From positions 186,001 through 250,000 of the forward strand of contig JAIVFI010000015.1 of assembly GCA_025558095.1 (NCBI GenBank): a stretch of 64,000 bases of DNA. Reading direction: 5' to 3'. This DNA comes from Hyaloraphidium curvatum SAG 235-1 (taxonomy: Eukaryota > Fungi > Monoblepharomycota). The notes below the pieces were generated by a model. It made no database searches. It saw only the letters and a program-made list of their open reading frames with translations, and was not told the origin of the DNA. A program made the translations under genes and the position numbers. Below, piece after piece: positions 33,552 through 44,518 of the stretch (its first letter is position 1; each line of letters begins with the position of its first letter).

Positions 33552-35028
33552 ATGGACAAGCCCGTGGCCGGCGCCGCGGCCGACGCGGCGGGTGCGCCGG
33601 GCCCGCCCGTCTCCCACCGCTTCGCGCTCAGCCCCGCGGAATGGCAGGTGCTCTGCCCGGCCCCGTCTTCGCAGTCGGCCACGGCCTCGCGCGTCTTTGC
33701 CAAGGCCGTCGGCGCCGGGCCGCCTGCGGACAGAGAGCGCGGCGCCGACGCGCTGGACCGCGCCGCCCTGCTGCGGTCCATCGACCAGCCCGGCCGCGCC
33801 GTCACGCAGCTGCAGCTCGCCTTTGCGCGGTGGGGGACGCCCAGGGCGATGGGCTTGCGCCTTGTGGCGGCCTGTTCCCTCTGGAACACGATGATCGGCC
33901 CGCTGTGGGCCTTCAACGGGGGCGCCTTCTCCTCGTCGCACATGGCGGCAGGCACCGCCGCAATTGCGGTCTACGCCGGCGGATGCGTCCTGGCGGGGCT
34001 CTTTCTCTGGATCCCAGGGGACGTCGGCATCTTTGCGGTGCCCGATCTCGACACGCACCCTCTGGCCCCGCTCGCCCGCTACCACCAGCTCCGCAGCAGG
34101 GACCCGTCGTCGCCGCTCCTTGTGCACGAGCCCGACGATCCCCTGTGCCCGTGTCCTGCGGGCTCCTGCGCCGGATCGCTGCCCGCGCGGGCCTCTTGGA
34201 TGCGGCTGTTCTCCCCGCTGCTGACCACGGGGCTCGAGTTGGTTTCGCACCTTGCATCCCATTGGACGGTGTTTGTCACCTTTGCCGCCGCGACGTGGGC
34301 CACATGGTGGTCGGCACTTCTGGCGGCGGCGTACATGCTCGCCATCACGCTGTATTCGGTCCCCAACGGCGTCCTCAGCGGGGCGCAGAAACCCGGTGCT
34401 GAACCTCCTCTACCGGCTCCGACACAGGGCAACCCGGCTCGCTCTGGCCGACATGCTGCGGCGCATGGCCGAGGCGGTCCGCTGCGATCGTCAGCTTATC
34501 CCCGCCGCCGACGAAACCTACGTCTCGCTGCGCATGCGGCTCGCGGACTCGTGGCACGTGCAGACCGAGTACCTCTCCCGCGGCAAGGGGATCATATTCC
34601 TCCTCGGCGCCTCCTTCATCGCCGTCGGCATCGCCGCCAACGCCGTCGCGGCCTCGTGCATCCCCGCCTGGCTCCCCATCATGGCCCTCTTCCTGGGGGT
34701 GATGTCCGCCGGCGACGTCCACTCCGTCGCCGCGCACAACGCGCAGCTGCGCGGGCTGGCGGATTTGCACGCCTCGGCGCGGGTCGAGTGCTTGCTGCTC
34801 GCATCGGGGCAGCCGCCGGCGGGGGCGCTCCGCGCGCTGCGGGACCATGCGGAGCTGCTGGCGCCGTTTTCCGCCGTGGAAGGGATGGCCAGGTTCCTGG
34901 GGTTCCCGGTCACGTACGCCTTTGCGAGGGGACTGGTGGTCACCGCCATCACGATCGCGTTCGGCCTCTGGACGCTGGTGCGCGGGGCGGGGGTCACGTT
35001 TGCTTGGTCGACGGTCTGCCCGGGATGA
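33552..35028 (+). CDS. Hypothetical multi-pass membrane protein; frame change near 34330-34390 (intron or frameshift)
   Basis: Hydrophobic helices in ORF 33450-35117 up to about 34388, continued in the frame of ORF 34252-35028 (…NPVLNLLYRL…ARFLGFPVTYAFARGLVVTAITIAFGLWTLVRG). Confidence 0.6.
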
Positions 35029-35313
35029 ATCGAAGGCGGTTGTACCCGCGTTTCTGCGGCCGTGGTCGCGTTCTTTTCGTCCGTTCGGCCGATCACGGCA
35101 GTTCTGCACCCGAATAAAGGCCTTTCCACCCTCAATTTCTCTTCCCTCCATGCATTAAGGCTTTTCGGCGGGGGTCCAATCGGAGACGGTCGGGCGGGTG
35201 GGTTTGCTGAGGCAGAGATGCCGCTCCGTCCCTAGGAGTCAGCTGCCGTTGGCCCATCGAACTCGCACCATCCACCGACGACAGCACCGCGAAACATCGT
35301 ATCCGCACCAATC

Positions 35314-36314
35314 ATGCGCTCTCCCTCCCTCCTGGCGGCCGCCCTGTGCCTCCTCGCCGCCCTCGCCCCCCCGTCCGCCGCGCACCGCGGCAGCGGGAGC
35401 AGCCCCCCCCTCCGCGGCTCGCGGTACACCCTCGCCCCCTCGCGGCTACCCAGCGGCACCTCGGAGGCCTGCATCGCCGCGGCCAACGCCACGGCGGCCG
35501 CGGACGCCGCGTGCGCGCCGGCGGGGTCGTTCGCGAGCGCCGCGGCGAGGGCCAACGCAACGTGCTCGGATGCGTGCAAGGGCGCCGTTTCGGACTACTG
35601 GACCGGCGCGCAGGGGGCTTGCGGGGACCAGGTGTGGCGGGGTTGCGCTTGGCCGGGGCACTGTTGACCGAGGACGCTCCTTCCTGCAGGTCCTCTACAC
35701 CTACACAAGCAGGAACACCTCGATTCCGGCCCGGAACCTGACCGCTGCGGACCTCGCCCCCCTCGCCGAGCTGGACCTCGCCGCCTCGTGCGCCGTCGAT
35801 TCGGCGGGAAGGAGGTGCGGCCCGGGCAAGGGTTTCCACCTCGTCAGGCGGGACCGCGGGGGCGGCAGGGGCGGCGGGAGGGGCGGCGGGAGGGGCGAGG
35901 GCGGTTTTGGAGGGGGTTACAACGCGACCCGATGCGACGAGGTGCGTGTGGTGCCCGATTTCAGGGTTGGCCGGTTGACTGGGCCCTTGGCGATGCTATG
36001 TTTGGCCACCGGTCGGCCAAGCGGGCCTTGGCCGTGCCATCAAGCCCCCCCCCCCTTCGCGACATCTTGATTGACCTCGCTCGCCCATGCAGTGCACCGC
36101 AGCCACCCTCACCGCGATCGCTCCCGTCGAGGCCGAGTACCCGTCCCTGTCCTTCTTCGGCGGCCGCTTCGGCGGCGCGTCGAGCTGGACCGAGGTGAAG
36201 ACCGAGATTTCCGGCAGATGCGACAGCATCGAGGCAAAGATATCGAGCAGGTCATCCCGCGCGGGTGGGTCGCGGCCAACGCGCGTGGCCGGCGGGCGGG
36301 GTCGGCCCTGGTAG
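35314..36314 (+). CDS. Secreted Cys-rich protein with Gly/Arg-rich loop, diverged paralog C
   Basis: Signal peptide, ACIAAANAT..ACAP..CSDACK..YW..ACG, RGG loop, FFGGRFGGASSWTEVKTEISGRC. Same intron positions as paralogs A and B. Confidence 0.8.
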
Positions 36315-36919
36315 GCTTTCGGGGGGCGGGAGATTCGGTTCTGCCAAAACGACGGCCGCGTCGGGGGTTCCCATATTCGGAGCTCTGGAAGAAAGAAGCG
36401 CAGACCATATGGATCGCAACATGCGAGCTTATGCGATAGAGACTTCCCGATCCGCATAGCCCGGTGGCGAGAGTGAGGCGGAAAATTCCTGGCGGCCGAC
36501 CCCTACGGTGCCCTTGCGTCGCCGTTGCCGCCTCTAGGTCCACATCGATCGATCGATCTCCACGCAGAGCCGTGCAACACAACGAGCGTTCACCACTGGG
36601 ATCGTTGGCTCCCGGCCAAAGGACCGCAGCGGGCTTTTAGCGTTTGAGTTTGTGGTGAGTCGCGATTCGGCGCGATCAGGGCCCGACCGGTCCCCGCCCA
36701 CAGCACGCAATGCCCAAGCCACGCGCGGCCACCAAGGAGTGTGCGGTTAGCCCGAGCTTGTTCTGATCTGCCCCGTGTATGCTGTTGCCACGGGTTGCGT
36801 GCATGAATCGGCGCCAATAGGTGGCCGTCCGTCGGGCCTTCATCGCGGACCCTCCTACTCCGCTTCCGGGTTGGCGGCTTGGCGAGCGGCTGGTGCAGCT
36901 CGGCTGCCTGAAGCGCGCG

Positions 36920-39500
36920 ATGCCGCGAGTGCGGGCCGCCGCGCGCGTCGTGCGCGACGACAGCGACTTCGAGATGGACGGGGACGACAGCGGGTCGGAC
37001 GGCGGCGACGCGAACGACACGCTGTGGAGCCCGCGGGGCGGCTCGCGCTCGTCGGCCTCCGCGGCGCCCCTGCCGCGCGGCTCGTCGTGGTGCGTCCGCG
37101 CGGGCCGCTGCCGACCGCCGCCGGGCCGCTTCTAATGGCTCCGCCCCCCTCCCGCGCGCGGCCGGCCCTGTTGACGCCGTTCTCGCGTCCTCCGGCAAAA
37201 CGGCGCCGGCCGGCTTGCGCCCCAAAGCGAGCCGTGCAGCCGGCTGAAGGCGAGCACGACGCCTCCCCGCGCGCAGATCGGGCCTGACCGCCATCCCGAG
37301 CAGATCAAGTGCGAGTTCGCCCCCGGCGCCGAGACCTGCCTGCGGTGCCAGCGCCTGAAAAAGCTCTGCGTGCCGCGGGACCCGACCACGTCGCGGCGGC
37401 AGCGGGAGCGCCTCGCCAAGCTTGAGAGGCGGCGGAGAACATCGTCGGACAGCGCCGGGACGGCCAACCCCGCCGTTGCCTCGCGCACGGGCTCCGCAGG
37501 CACCGCGTCCCTCTTCTCGGATGCCGACCGCTCGTCCACCTCGCTCAATTCACTCAGCACGGATGCCACCCTGTCGGGCGATCTTGCCCTCCTCTCGGCA
37601 ACGTCGGACCGACCTCCCTCGGGCCCGCTGGTCTCGCCAAGCGTATGGGACGCCCGCCCGGGTTCTGCGGACATCCTTGGGGACTTCCTCCGACCCCGTC
37701 GTGCCTCGCGGTTCGTCTTCCCTCCCCCGCCGCAGCAGATTGCTCTGTCGCCTCCTCCTCCGTCGGTTGAAGTCTCCGCCGGTGGGTGCCTTTTTCTCTT
37801 GCCCCGCTTGAGCATCCTTCACACCTTCCGCTCCTTGCCAGACGTGCTCATGCGGTGCACTTCCACCTATTGGAACCATCCCCACCGCCTCCTGCCTTTT
37901 GTGCACCGCGCCTCGTTCGAGCAGGCCTTCATCAGCTCCCACAGCCCCATCTACGGGTCGAAGCCGCTCGCCCTGCTGTACGCCGTCGCGGCGTGCGGCG
38001 CCTTTGCCCTGCCGGGTTCCACGGGCGCGGAGCGGGCGACGCTGGCCCGCGCCCTTGTGGAGAGGGCCAGGGAGCTGCTTGCCGTGCAGCAGACCAGGGA
38101 CGCCGAGGAAGCGCAGGCGTGCCTGCTGCTCGTGCTCGTGGCCGTCCCGCTCGGCAACGCGGCCGCGTCCTTCGACATCCTGAGGAGGGGGTTGGGGGCG
38201 GCCGACCGCCTGCACCGGTCGTCCGTCGCGGTTGCATCGCCGCGGTCTGCGGACGAGTGGATTGCACTGGAGACCGCGCTGAGGGCATGGATCGTCGCAG
38301 CAGCCGTGGACCTGTGGGTCTGATCTCCCGTTCGCCTTGCGGCCCGTTGCTGACCTCTCTGCACAGCACCTTTGCCGACCTCGCGGGGCGTGACCCGCTT
38401 TTCGACTACTTCCCGTCAGCGGTCGTGCGCCTGCCCGCGCACGAGGTGTTCTTCGACGACCCCTCGCCCGACCGGGCCTTTGCAACCCTGCACCTCGCAG
38501 GGGACCGGACACCCTCGTATGCGCCGGTCGGAGGCTTCCTCGCGCATCCCGACCTGCCCAGCGCAGAAGGGGCGCTGTGCGCTTTCCTCGGTCCTGCCTT
38601 CGCCGGCAGGGCTTCAGTGCTCTCCCTGCTGCAGGCCTCCAACATGCTCCAGCAGCATTGCTGCATCCGCCAGCCGGGTGGGCAACCCTGGCTCGCCGCC
38701 GCGGAGCCCGAAGGCCCGGCGGAACCGGCCGAGGTTGCAATGCAGGACCTCGTCGACGCCTTCTTCCGCTGCATGCCGGCGGAATTCGGCCCGGCCTTGG
38801 CATCCGGCGACGCCGGCCCCTTCCTTGCTCTCTCACCCGCCATGTTCTCGCATCCCACGCACGCACACGCCTTCCTGGACCTGTGCGCATCCCTCCGCGC
38901 CCTCTCCCTCCGCGCCGCCGCGTCGGACCCCGCGGCCTCGGGCCGGGAATTCGTCCGCTCCCCGTCGTTCCTGCGGGCGCTCGAGGACGGGATCCACGTC
39001 GCGCGCCTGCTCGAGGCCCGGCTGCGGGCGGACCCGGCGGGGGCGACGCTCCATTTCGCGCTCGCGCCGGCGTGGCTGCGGGCCGCGGCGGTCAACGCGG
39101 CAGGGGTGGGGGTGCTGCGCTCCGAGCCGGGGGGAGCGGATGCGGTGGACGGCAGCGCATTCGGGGGGGATCTGAGGGCGCTGGCGGGGGCGATCGAGCT
39201 CGTTGGGAAGAACTTCGGCCCCGTCGGTGCGTGCCCTATTGTGGCAGCCTTCGACGTGGCCCCATGCTGACCCTTCTTCCGGCAGTATCGAAGCAGGCGG
39301 CCAATTTCAGGAGCTGGATGCGCGGCCTGGGCGTCAGCATCGCGGACCCGGAGGACGCGGCCGCCGTGGACGACGCCGCCGCCGCCGATGCCCCGGGGGA
39401 TTGGGGCTCGCTTGCTGATCCCACCGACGCAGCGAGCCCTCCGTCGCTGGCGGAGCTGGTGCGGCGCGCGGACCAGGCGGCGAGGGCGTGGGTTTGCTAG
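36920..39500 (+). CDS. Zn2Cys6 transcription factor with fungal-specific middle homology region
   Basis: Spliced cluster SSC/EPCSRLK/IKCEFAPGAETCLRCQRLKKLC (introns 37090-37227 and GC-AG 37250-37303), then YW..HRLLPFVHRASF...LLYAVAACGA. Confidence 0.8.
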
Positions 39501-39804
39501 AATCTATAGAGTGTTTAATTCTCCGCGCTTGAAGGACGTTACTCCGAGTTGGCGAGCCATCCGTTCCTGAAAAGCTGATACATCCACCTTTGGATGATAC
39601 TCGTCATATGCAACGCGAGCATTTCCTTCCCGGCATCCTGCTTCGGGTTGTCGTTCGTCGGACAAATGCCGCCGGGCGGGTTCTTCCGCCGCGGAGTCCC
39701 CGACGCCACTCCTTCCCGCCGCACCGCGCTTCCGTGGAAAAGGAAACTCTCCGTGCGATCTCGGGAGAGCAAAGAACTCCAGCTCATCGGCACCCGAGAC
39801 GACG

Positions 39805-41658
39805 ATGCTGGGAATGGCGGCGGCAGTGCTCCCCCGCTCGGTTCCCCGGGTCCCCCATTCCCTCCTTCGCAGGGCGCCGAATCGCACCGCGCGCTTCTTC
39901 TCTTCCCCCGCGACGCAAGTGCCTCCTCGCTGGCGCCGTGCCCTGCGCCGCCCGTTCCGCTCCCTGTTCGCGGCCCTCGCAGGAGCGTCGGTCCTTGGCT
40001 ACGGATACGCCTCGCTGACGGACGACACCTTCCGCCCGCGCATGGCCAGGCTTCGCCTCGTCTTCGGGACCTTCCTGAGCGCCTTCGCGGACTACAAGTG
40101 GACCGCCTTCCGCCTGCGCTCTTCGACGGACGCCGTGAAGGAGGCGGCGACGCTGGCCCTGGACGAGAAATGGGCACCCCGCATGCTCGACACCATCCTC
40201 GCCGTCCGGGGAGCGTACGTCAAAATAGGGCAGGTCCTGCTTACCCGGCCCGACGTGCTCCAGAGTGCCACATACAGGCGGGTGCTGGAGCCCCTGCTGG
40301 ACTCGGTGCCGCCGATCCCCTTCGAGGAGATTGAGGCGATCGTGTGCCGCTCCCTCGGCCTGGGGTCCCTGAACGAGGCGTTTGCCGAGTTTGGCCGCGA
40401 GCCGCTGGGCACGGCCAGCATCGCGCAGGTTCATGCGGCCAGGCTGAAGTCGGGCGAGGACGTGGTGGTCAAAGTGCGGCTCCCGAGCGCTGCCGCCGAC
40501 TTTGACCTCGATCTGCGGTCCATGCGCGGCTTCACGAGGCTGACGGCACCCGAGATGATGCCGGCGATCAAGGAAATCCAGGGGATGGTCGCGCGCGAGC
40601 TGGATTTCCGCAACGAGGCGGCGTCGATGCGCACCATCGGCGACGCGGTGCGCGCCTCGGGGCGGTTCCCCGAGGTCGTCGTCCCGGTGCCCGTGGGGGA
40701 GCTGTGCACGGACGAGGTGGTGGTGATGACCCGGCTGCGCGGGGACAAGCTGTACGCGCGCGTGCTGGACCACTACGAGTCGTTCGCGCGCAACATGGGC
40801 ATGACGCTGGACGAGCTCAAGGCCAAGATGGCGGAGAAGTTCAGGAAGGGGGAGACGGGGAGCAGGAGCAAGATGGGGCTGCTGTTCTCGCAGCCGAGGG
40901 CCCTGGTCGCCGCGGCGCGGACGTACCTGCACGAGATGGTCGGCTGGTGGCTGCCCACCTTCCTCGCCAACATCTGGCGGAAGATCACCGGGATGGAGGC
41001 CCTCGCGTACCCGCCGCCGCCGCTGCCGACGAACCACCTCAAGTTGTTCGACACCGTCTGCCGCGTGCACGGGTTCCAGGTCCTCAATGTGGGGACCTTT
41101 AACGGCGATGCCCATGGTGAGCCACATTACTCGCAATTGCCCGTGAGTTCAGCAGCTCATGCTTTCCAAACAGCCGGCAATATCTTCCTTCTTGACGACG
41201 GCCGCATCGGCCTGCTCGATTTCGGGGCCTGCCGCACGCTCAACCCGACGGAGCGGCGCAACCTGGCATCCAATATTCTGCTCCTTTGCGAGCGCGAACA
41301 CGACGTGGCCAAGATCGCCGCCCGTACAAAAGCCCTCGGATTCGTTTCGGAAAAGAACCTGGACTATACGGCTTACATGTGGGCCCAGATCCTCTTTGGC
41401 CGCGACGACCCATCCGTCCTCGTGGGCCTAGACGGGGAGCGCTTCCCGGACATGGCGACCTTCCAGGACTACCTGATGAAGGTGGACAAAACGCAGCTTT
41501 TCCCGAAGCAATTCTTCCTCGCCGCCAGGCTGGCGCTGCTGATGCGCGGACTGGCGCTGCTGCTGGGGCTGCCGGGGCAGAGCGTGGCCGAGTACTGGAA
41601 GGAGGAGGCGGAGATCGCGCTGGAGGGCGACCTGAAGGAAGTAGGAGGGAGCCGATAG
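39805..41658 (+). CDS. ABC1/UbiB/ADCK atypical kinase, probably mitochondrial
   Basis: GAYVKIGQ, PLGTASIAQVHAA, VVVKV, ELDFRNEA, FNGDAH/AGNIFL, GLLDFG. Arg-rich presequence-like N-terminus; in-frame intron near 41117-41173. Confidence 0.92.
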   Translation: MLGMAAAVLPRSVPRVPHSLLRRAPNRTARFFSSPATQVPPRWRRALRRPFRSLFAALAGASVLGYGYASLTDDTFRPRMARLRLVFGTFLSAFADYKWTAFRLRSSTDAVKEAATLALDEKWAPRMLDTILAVRGAYVKIGQVLLTRPDVLQSATYRRVLEPLLDSVPPIPFEEIEAIVCRSLGLGSLNEAFAEFGREPLGTASIAQVHAARLKSGEDVVVKVRLPSAAADFDLDLRSMRGFTRLTAPEMMPAIKEIQGMVARELDFRNEAASMRTIGDAVRASGRFPEVVVPVPVGELCTDEVVVMTRLRGDKLYARVLDHYESFARNMGMTLDELKAKMAEKFRKGETGSRSKMGLLFSQPRALVAAARTYLHEMVGWWLPTFLANIWRKITGMEALAYPPPPLPTNHLKLFDTVCRVHGFQVLNVGTFNGDAHGEPHYSQLPVSSAAHAFQTAGNIFLLDDGRIGLLDFGACRTLNPTERRNLASNILLLCEREHDVAKIAARTKALGFVSEKNLDYTAYMWAQILFGRDDPSVLVGLDGERFPDMATFQDYLMKVDKTQLFPKQFFLAARLALLMRGLALLLGLPGQSVAEYWKEEAEIALEGDLKEVGGSR

Positions 41659-43001
41659 GATCGGGCTGTGAGGGAACCTCCAGGAGGGGGAGCCGGTGCT
41701 CTACCCCGAGCCGCCGCTGATTTGGGACTAGAAGGGCTTCGTGAGAGCCATACCGTAACCCTCTGAAAAGGTTACCTGGCTTCAGATGCTCGATGGCCGG
41801 GTCGGCGCACCCTCGGCGCAGGCGTTCCTGGGCAACACGTTCAACTACCTGGGCTGGGCATTCTACCGGCTCGTCCGTATCCCCGCCTTTCGCGCTCCTC
41901 CGGCGCACGCTGACCACCGTTTCCGGGCAGAGCGATCCCGGGGCGCATCCCGACTCGCTGAGGCCCGCGCAGTGCGACAAGGGTGCGGGGCGGCACGTGA
42001 CGTGCGGGAGCGCGATGGCGAGTCCGGTTACCTACACGGGGTGCGGGCTGATCTGTGGGTGTCCTTGGCTTGCGCCGAAGAGGATGAGGGCCGACTTTGG
42101 TTTGGGCCCGCAGCGAACCACCCGTTCAAGCTGTGAAAGACGCGCTGGCGTGCGTGGCATCGTCGCGGTGGCACGATCGGCTGACGAGGAAGAGGAGGCG
42201 GTTGGGGCGAGCAGTTGAAGTTGCCGTGCTGGACGCGGCCGTGTGCATTGCGTATGCTGGGATCCCGACGCCGATGTAGTTGAGGCGTATGGTGTGCCAG
42301 CTGAAAAGCATATCCGCCCGCGAGTTGCGACCTGCGCGCGTCTTGTGAATCATGTGGCTCACAGAGCGGGAAGCCTCGAAACCCGAACGCCGAAACGACT
42401 TCAAGCCGACGGCTCTTCGAGGGCACGATCGAGGCCAGACCGCACCAGCTGCGGCGATGAGAGCCTCTTTGTTCGCTGCCGTTTTCCCGCCGGGAAGCTT
42501 AAAGCGGCTGCGGCGGCGTGCGGCGGCGCATCTGGACCTCTGTTTTTTGCGCACGGCCGGCTGGCTGACGCGCGGAAGGTTTCCGGCGGTATGTTCGCCT
42601 GCCGTCGCCGCGGCCGGGGAGGGCGGGGAGCGGGGAGCTTAGTGCGATCGAATTGCTGGTGAGGGGTGCGCGGAACGCCGCGGTCCCTCGAGGGGACGGT
42701 CCCGCCCGTTCCGTTCCAGACCCTTGTGTGGTGCTCGCGAGGCGTCGGCCATCGCCCAGCCCTGTGCCAAACGCACGGCCGCCGGGGCAGCGGGCCCGGT
42801 GCGGGCACCGGCATCGCCCGATTTATTTGGCCTGGAATTTTCTCCGTCGGAGAGCGGGGGTCCGGCCGGGCCATCCCACGGCGTCGAAACGACGCCGAAT
42901 CGGCGGGTGGCAGGGACTCCGTTTCCTCGCCAGCCATCGCCCCGCCCTGCCGACGGCGCGGCCACGGCAGACGGCGCGGCCACGGCGCGGAGGCGCGGGC
43001 A

Positions 43002-43997
43002 ATGAGCAGCGACAGCGGCGGCAGCGAGGCGGCGGACGGGGAGGGCGGCGGGGGCGGCGAAAACCGCGCGGGACCGGACCAGGGCGCTGCGCCGGCCCCG
43101 GGAGGGGGGGCCGGGCCCGCTTATCCAGGCCCGGGGAAGCCGCAGCTGCGGGCATCCTGCGAGGCGTGCACGGCCGCCAGGTGGGTTGTCTCCCGGGGGC
43201 TCGGACCGACAGCTCATCCCCCACCCAGGAAACGGTGTGTTACCCCGGGCCCCCCGGAGCAGTGCCAGCGCTGCACACGCCTCGGCTGTCCTTGCACGTA
43301 TTTGGTCCCGCGGAAGCGCGGCCCACGGGGGCCCCGGGACGTGGTGATCGACGGCGTCAGGGTGCCGGCCAGCGCGGCCAGGAGGCGGGCTGCTGCGCGG
43401 GCCGAGACGCCCGCCGAGACGCCTCCAACGACGGCGGCGGCTCCGATGGAACGGCCCGCTGCGGCCGCTGCGCCGTACTACCCCCGCCCGACCTACCCGT
43501 ACGCCGATTCCTACTCCCAACCGGGCTTCCCGTACCCCCCGGCCGAATACCCCGGCCGCCCCTATACCCCGCACTTCCCCGGCGGCCCGCCCCACCCACA
43601 CTACCACCCCATGCCGCCCAGCTTCCCCTCGAGCTTCAGCTTTCCCCCACGGGCTCCGCCTGACGCCCCGCCATCAGCATCAGCACCCGGAGGCGGCCCC
43701 GCCCTGCCGCCCCTGGCATCCGTTCTCCCCCACTCGGCGCCCGAAACTGCCAGCTACCCATCCTACGCGCCCGCTGCCGGCGGCTACCCACCCAACGCAG
43801 GCCCCTACCCCCCCAACGCGGGCGCCTTTCCCCCGGGTTATCCCCCCTTCTACCCGCCGCCACCAGGCTACTACCCCTACGCCCCCTACTACCCGCAGTT
43901 CCGGCCCCCGCAGCCCGGGTTCCTCTACGGGTTCCCGGGGCAGGCGCAGCAGCCGGGGTACGGGAACCAGGCCGAGGCGGAGCAGGGGGGAAGGTGA
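43002..43997 (+). CDS. Zn2Cys6 transcription factor with Pro/Tyr-rich C-terminus
   Basis: RASCEACTAAR/KRCVTPGPPEQCQRCTRLGCPCTYLVPRKRGP after removing one in-frame intron; YP-rich low-complexity tail. Confidence 0.85.
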   Translation: MSSDSGGSEAADGEGGGGGENRAGPDQGAAPAPGGGAGPAYPGPGKPQLRASCEACTAARWVVSRGLGPTAHPPPRKRCVTPGPPEQCQRCTRLGCPCTYLVPRKRGPRGPRDVVIDGVRVPASAARRRAAARAETPAETPPTTAAAPMERPAAAAAPYYPRPTYPYADSYSQPGFPYPPAEYPGRPYTPHFPGGPPHPHYHPMPPSFPSSFSFPPRAPPDAPPSASAPGGGPALPPLASVLPHSAPETASYPSYAPAAGGYPPNAGPYPPNAGAFPPGYPPFYPPPPGYYPYAPYYPQFRPPQPGFLYGFPGQAQQPGYGNQAEAEQGGR

Positions 43998-44518
43998 TGC
44001 CGGGAAATCTGGACATCAATGGACCTCAGCGGTACGCGGACGATCGTTTCACTTTGGTGCGCGGGCGGAGGTTCGGAGCGCGGAGCGATCGGGGCGCCGT
44101 GCGCGGCCGTAGGACCCCGTTCGCCCGCGATCGGGGCGATGCGTGCAGGTAGTACATAGCTTTTGCGTGGATGCGCGTGCGAGGAATCACAATCAATCTT
44201 CATGGGTGCGGACGGCGTTGGACCGCGGCAGCGGCGGGGCGGCCAGTCAAGACTGTCCCCCACGGATCGAAGACGGGATGGAGCAGAGAAAACGGGCGGA
44301 ATTGATCCGACAGCATTCCATCTTGCGGATTTCGGATGAATCGGTCCGATTCCCGAGCCATCGTGGCTCCGCCTCGATGCGTTGTCCTGCGCCGGGTCCT
44401 CCCGGTGGCGTTGCACGTCACATTCATCTCGCCCTCGCCCAAAAAGCTCCGTTCCGACTTGCCGTCACCGAAAGCTCCGTTTACCCCCCTCCGCCGGCCG
44501 TTTGCCTCCCGCAAAGCG

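Noticed and set aside
41786-42136. Short ORF containing NTFNYLGWAFYRLVRIPAF
   Set aside because: Looks briefly protein-like but has no recognisable family, splice context or continuation; not supportable as a gene.
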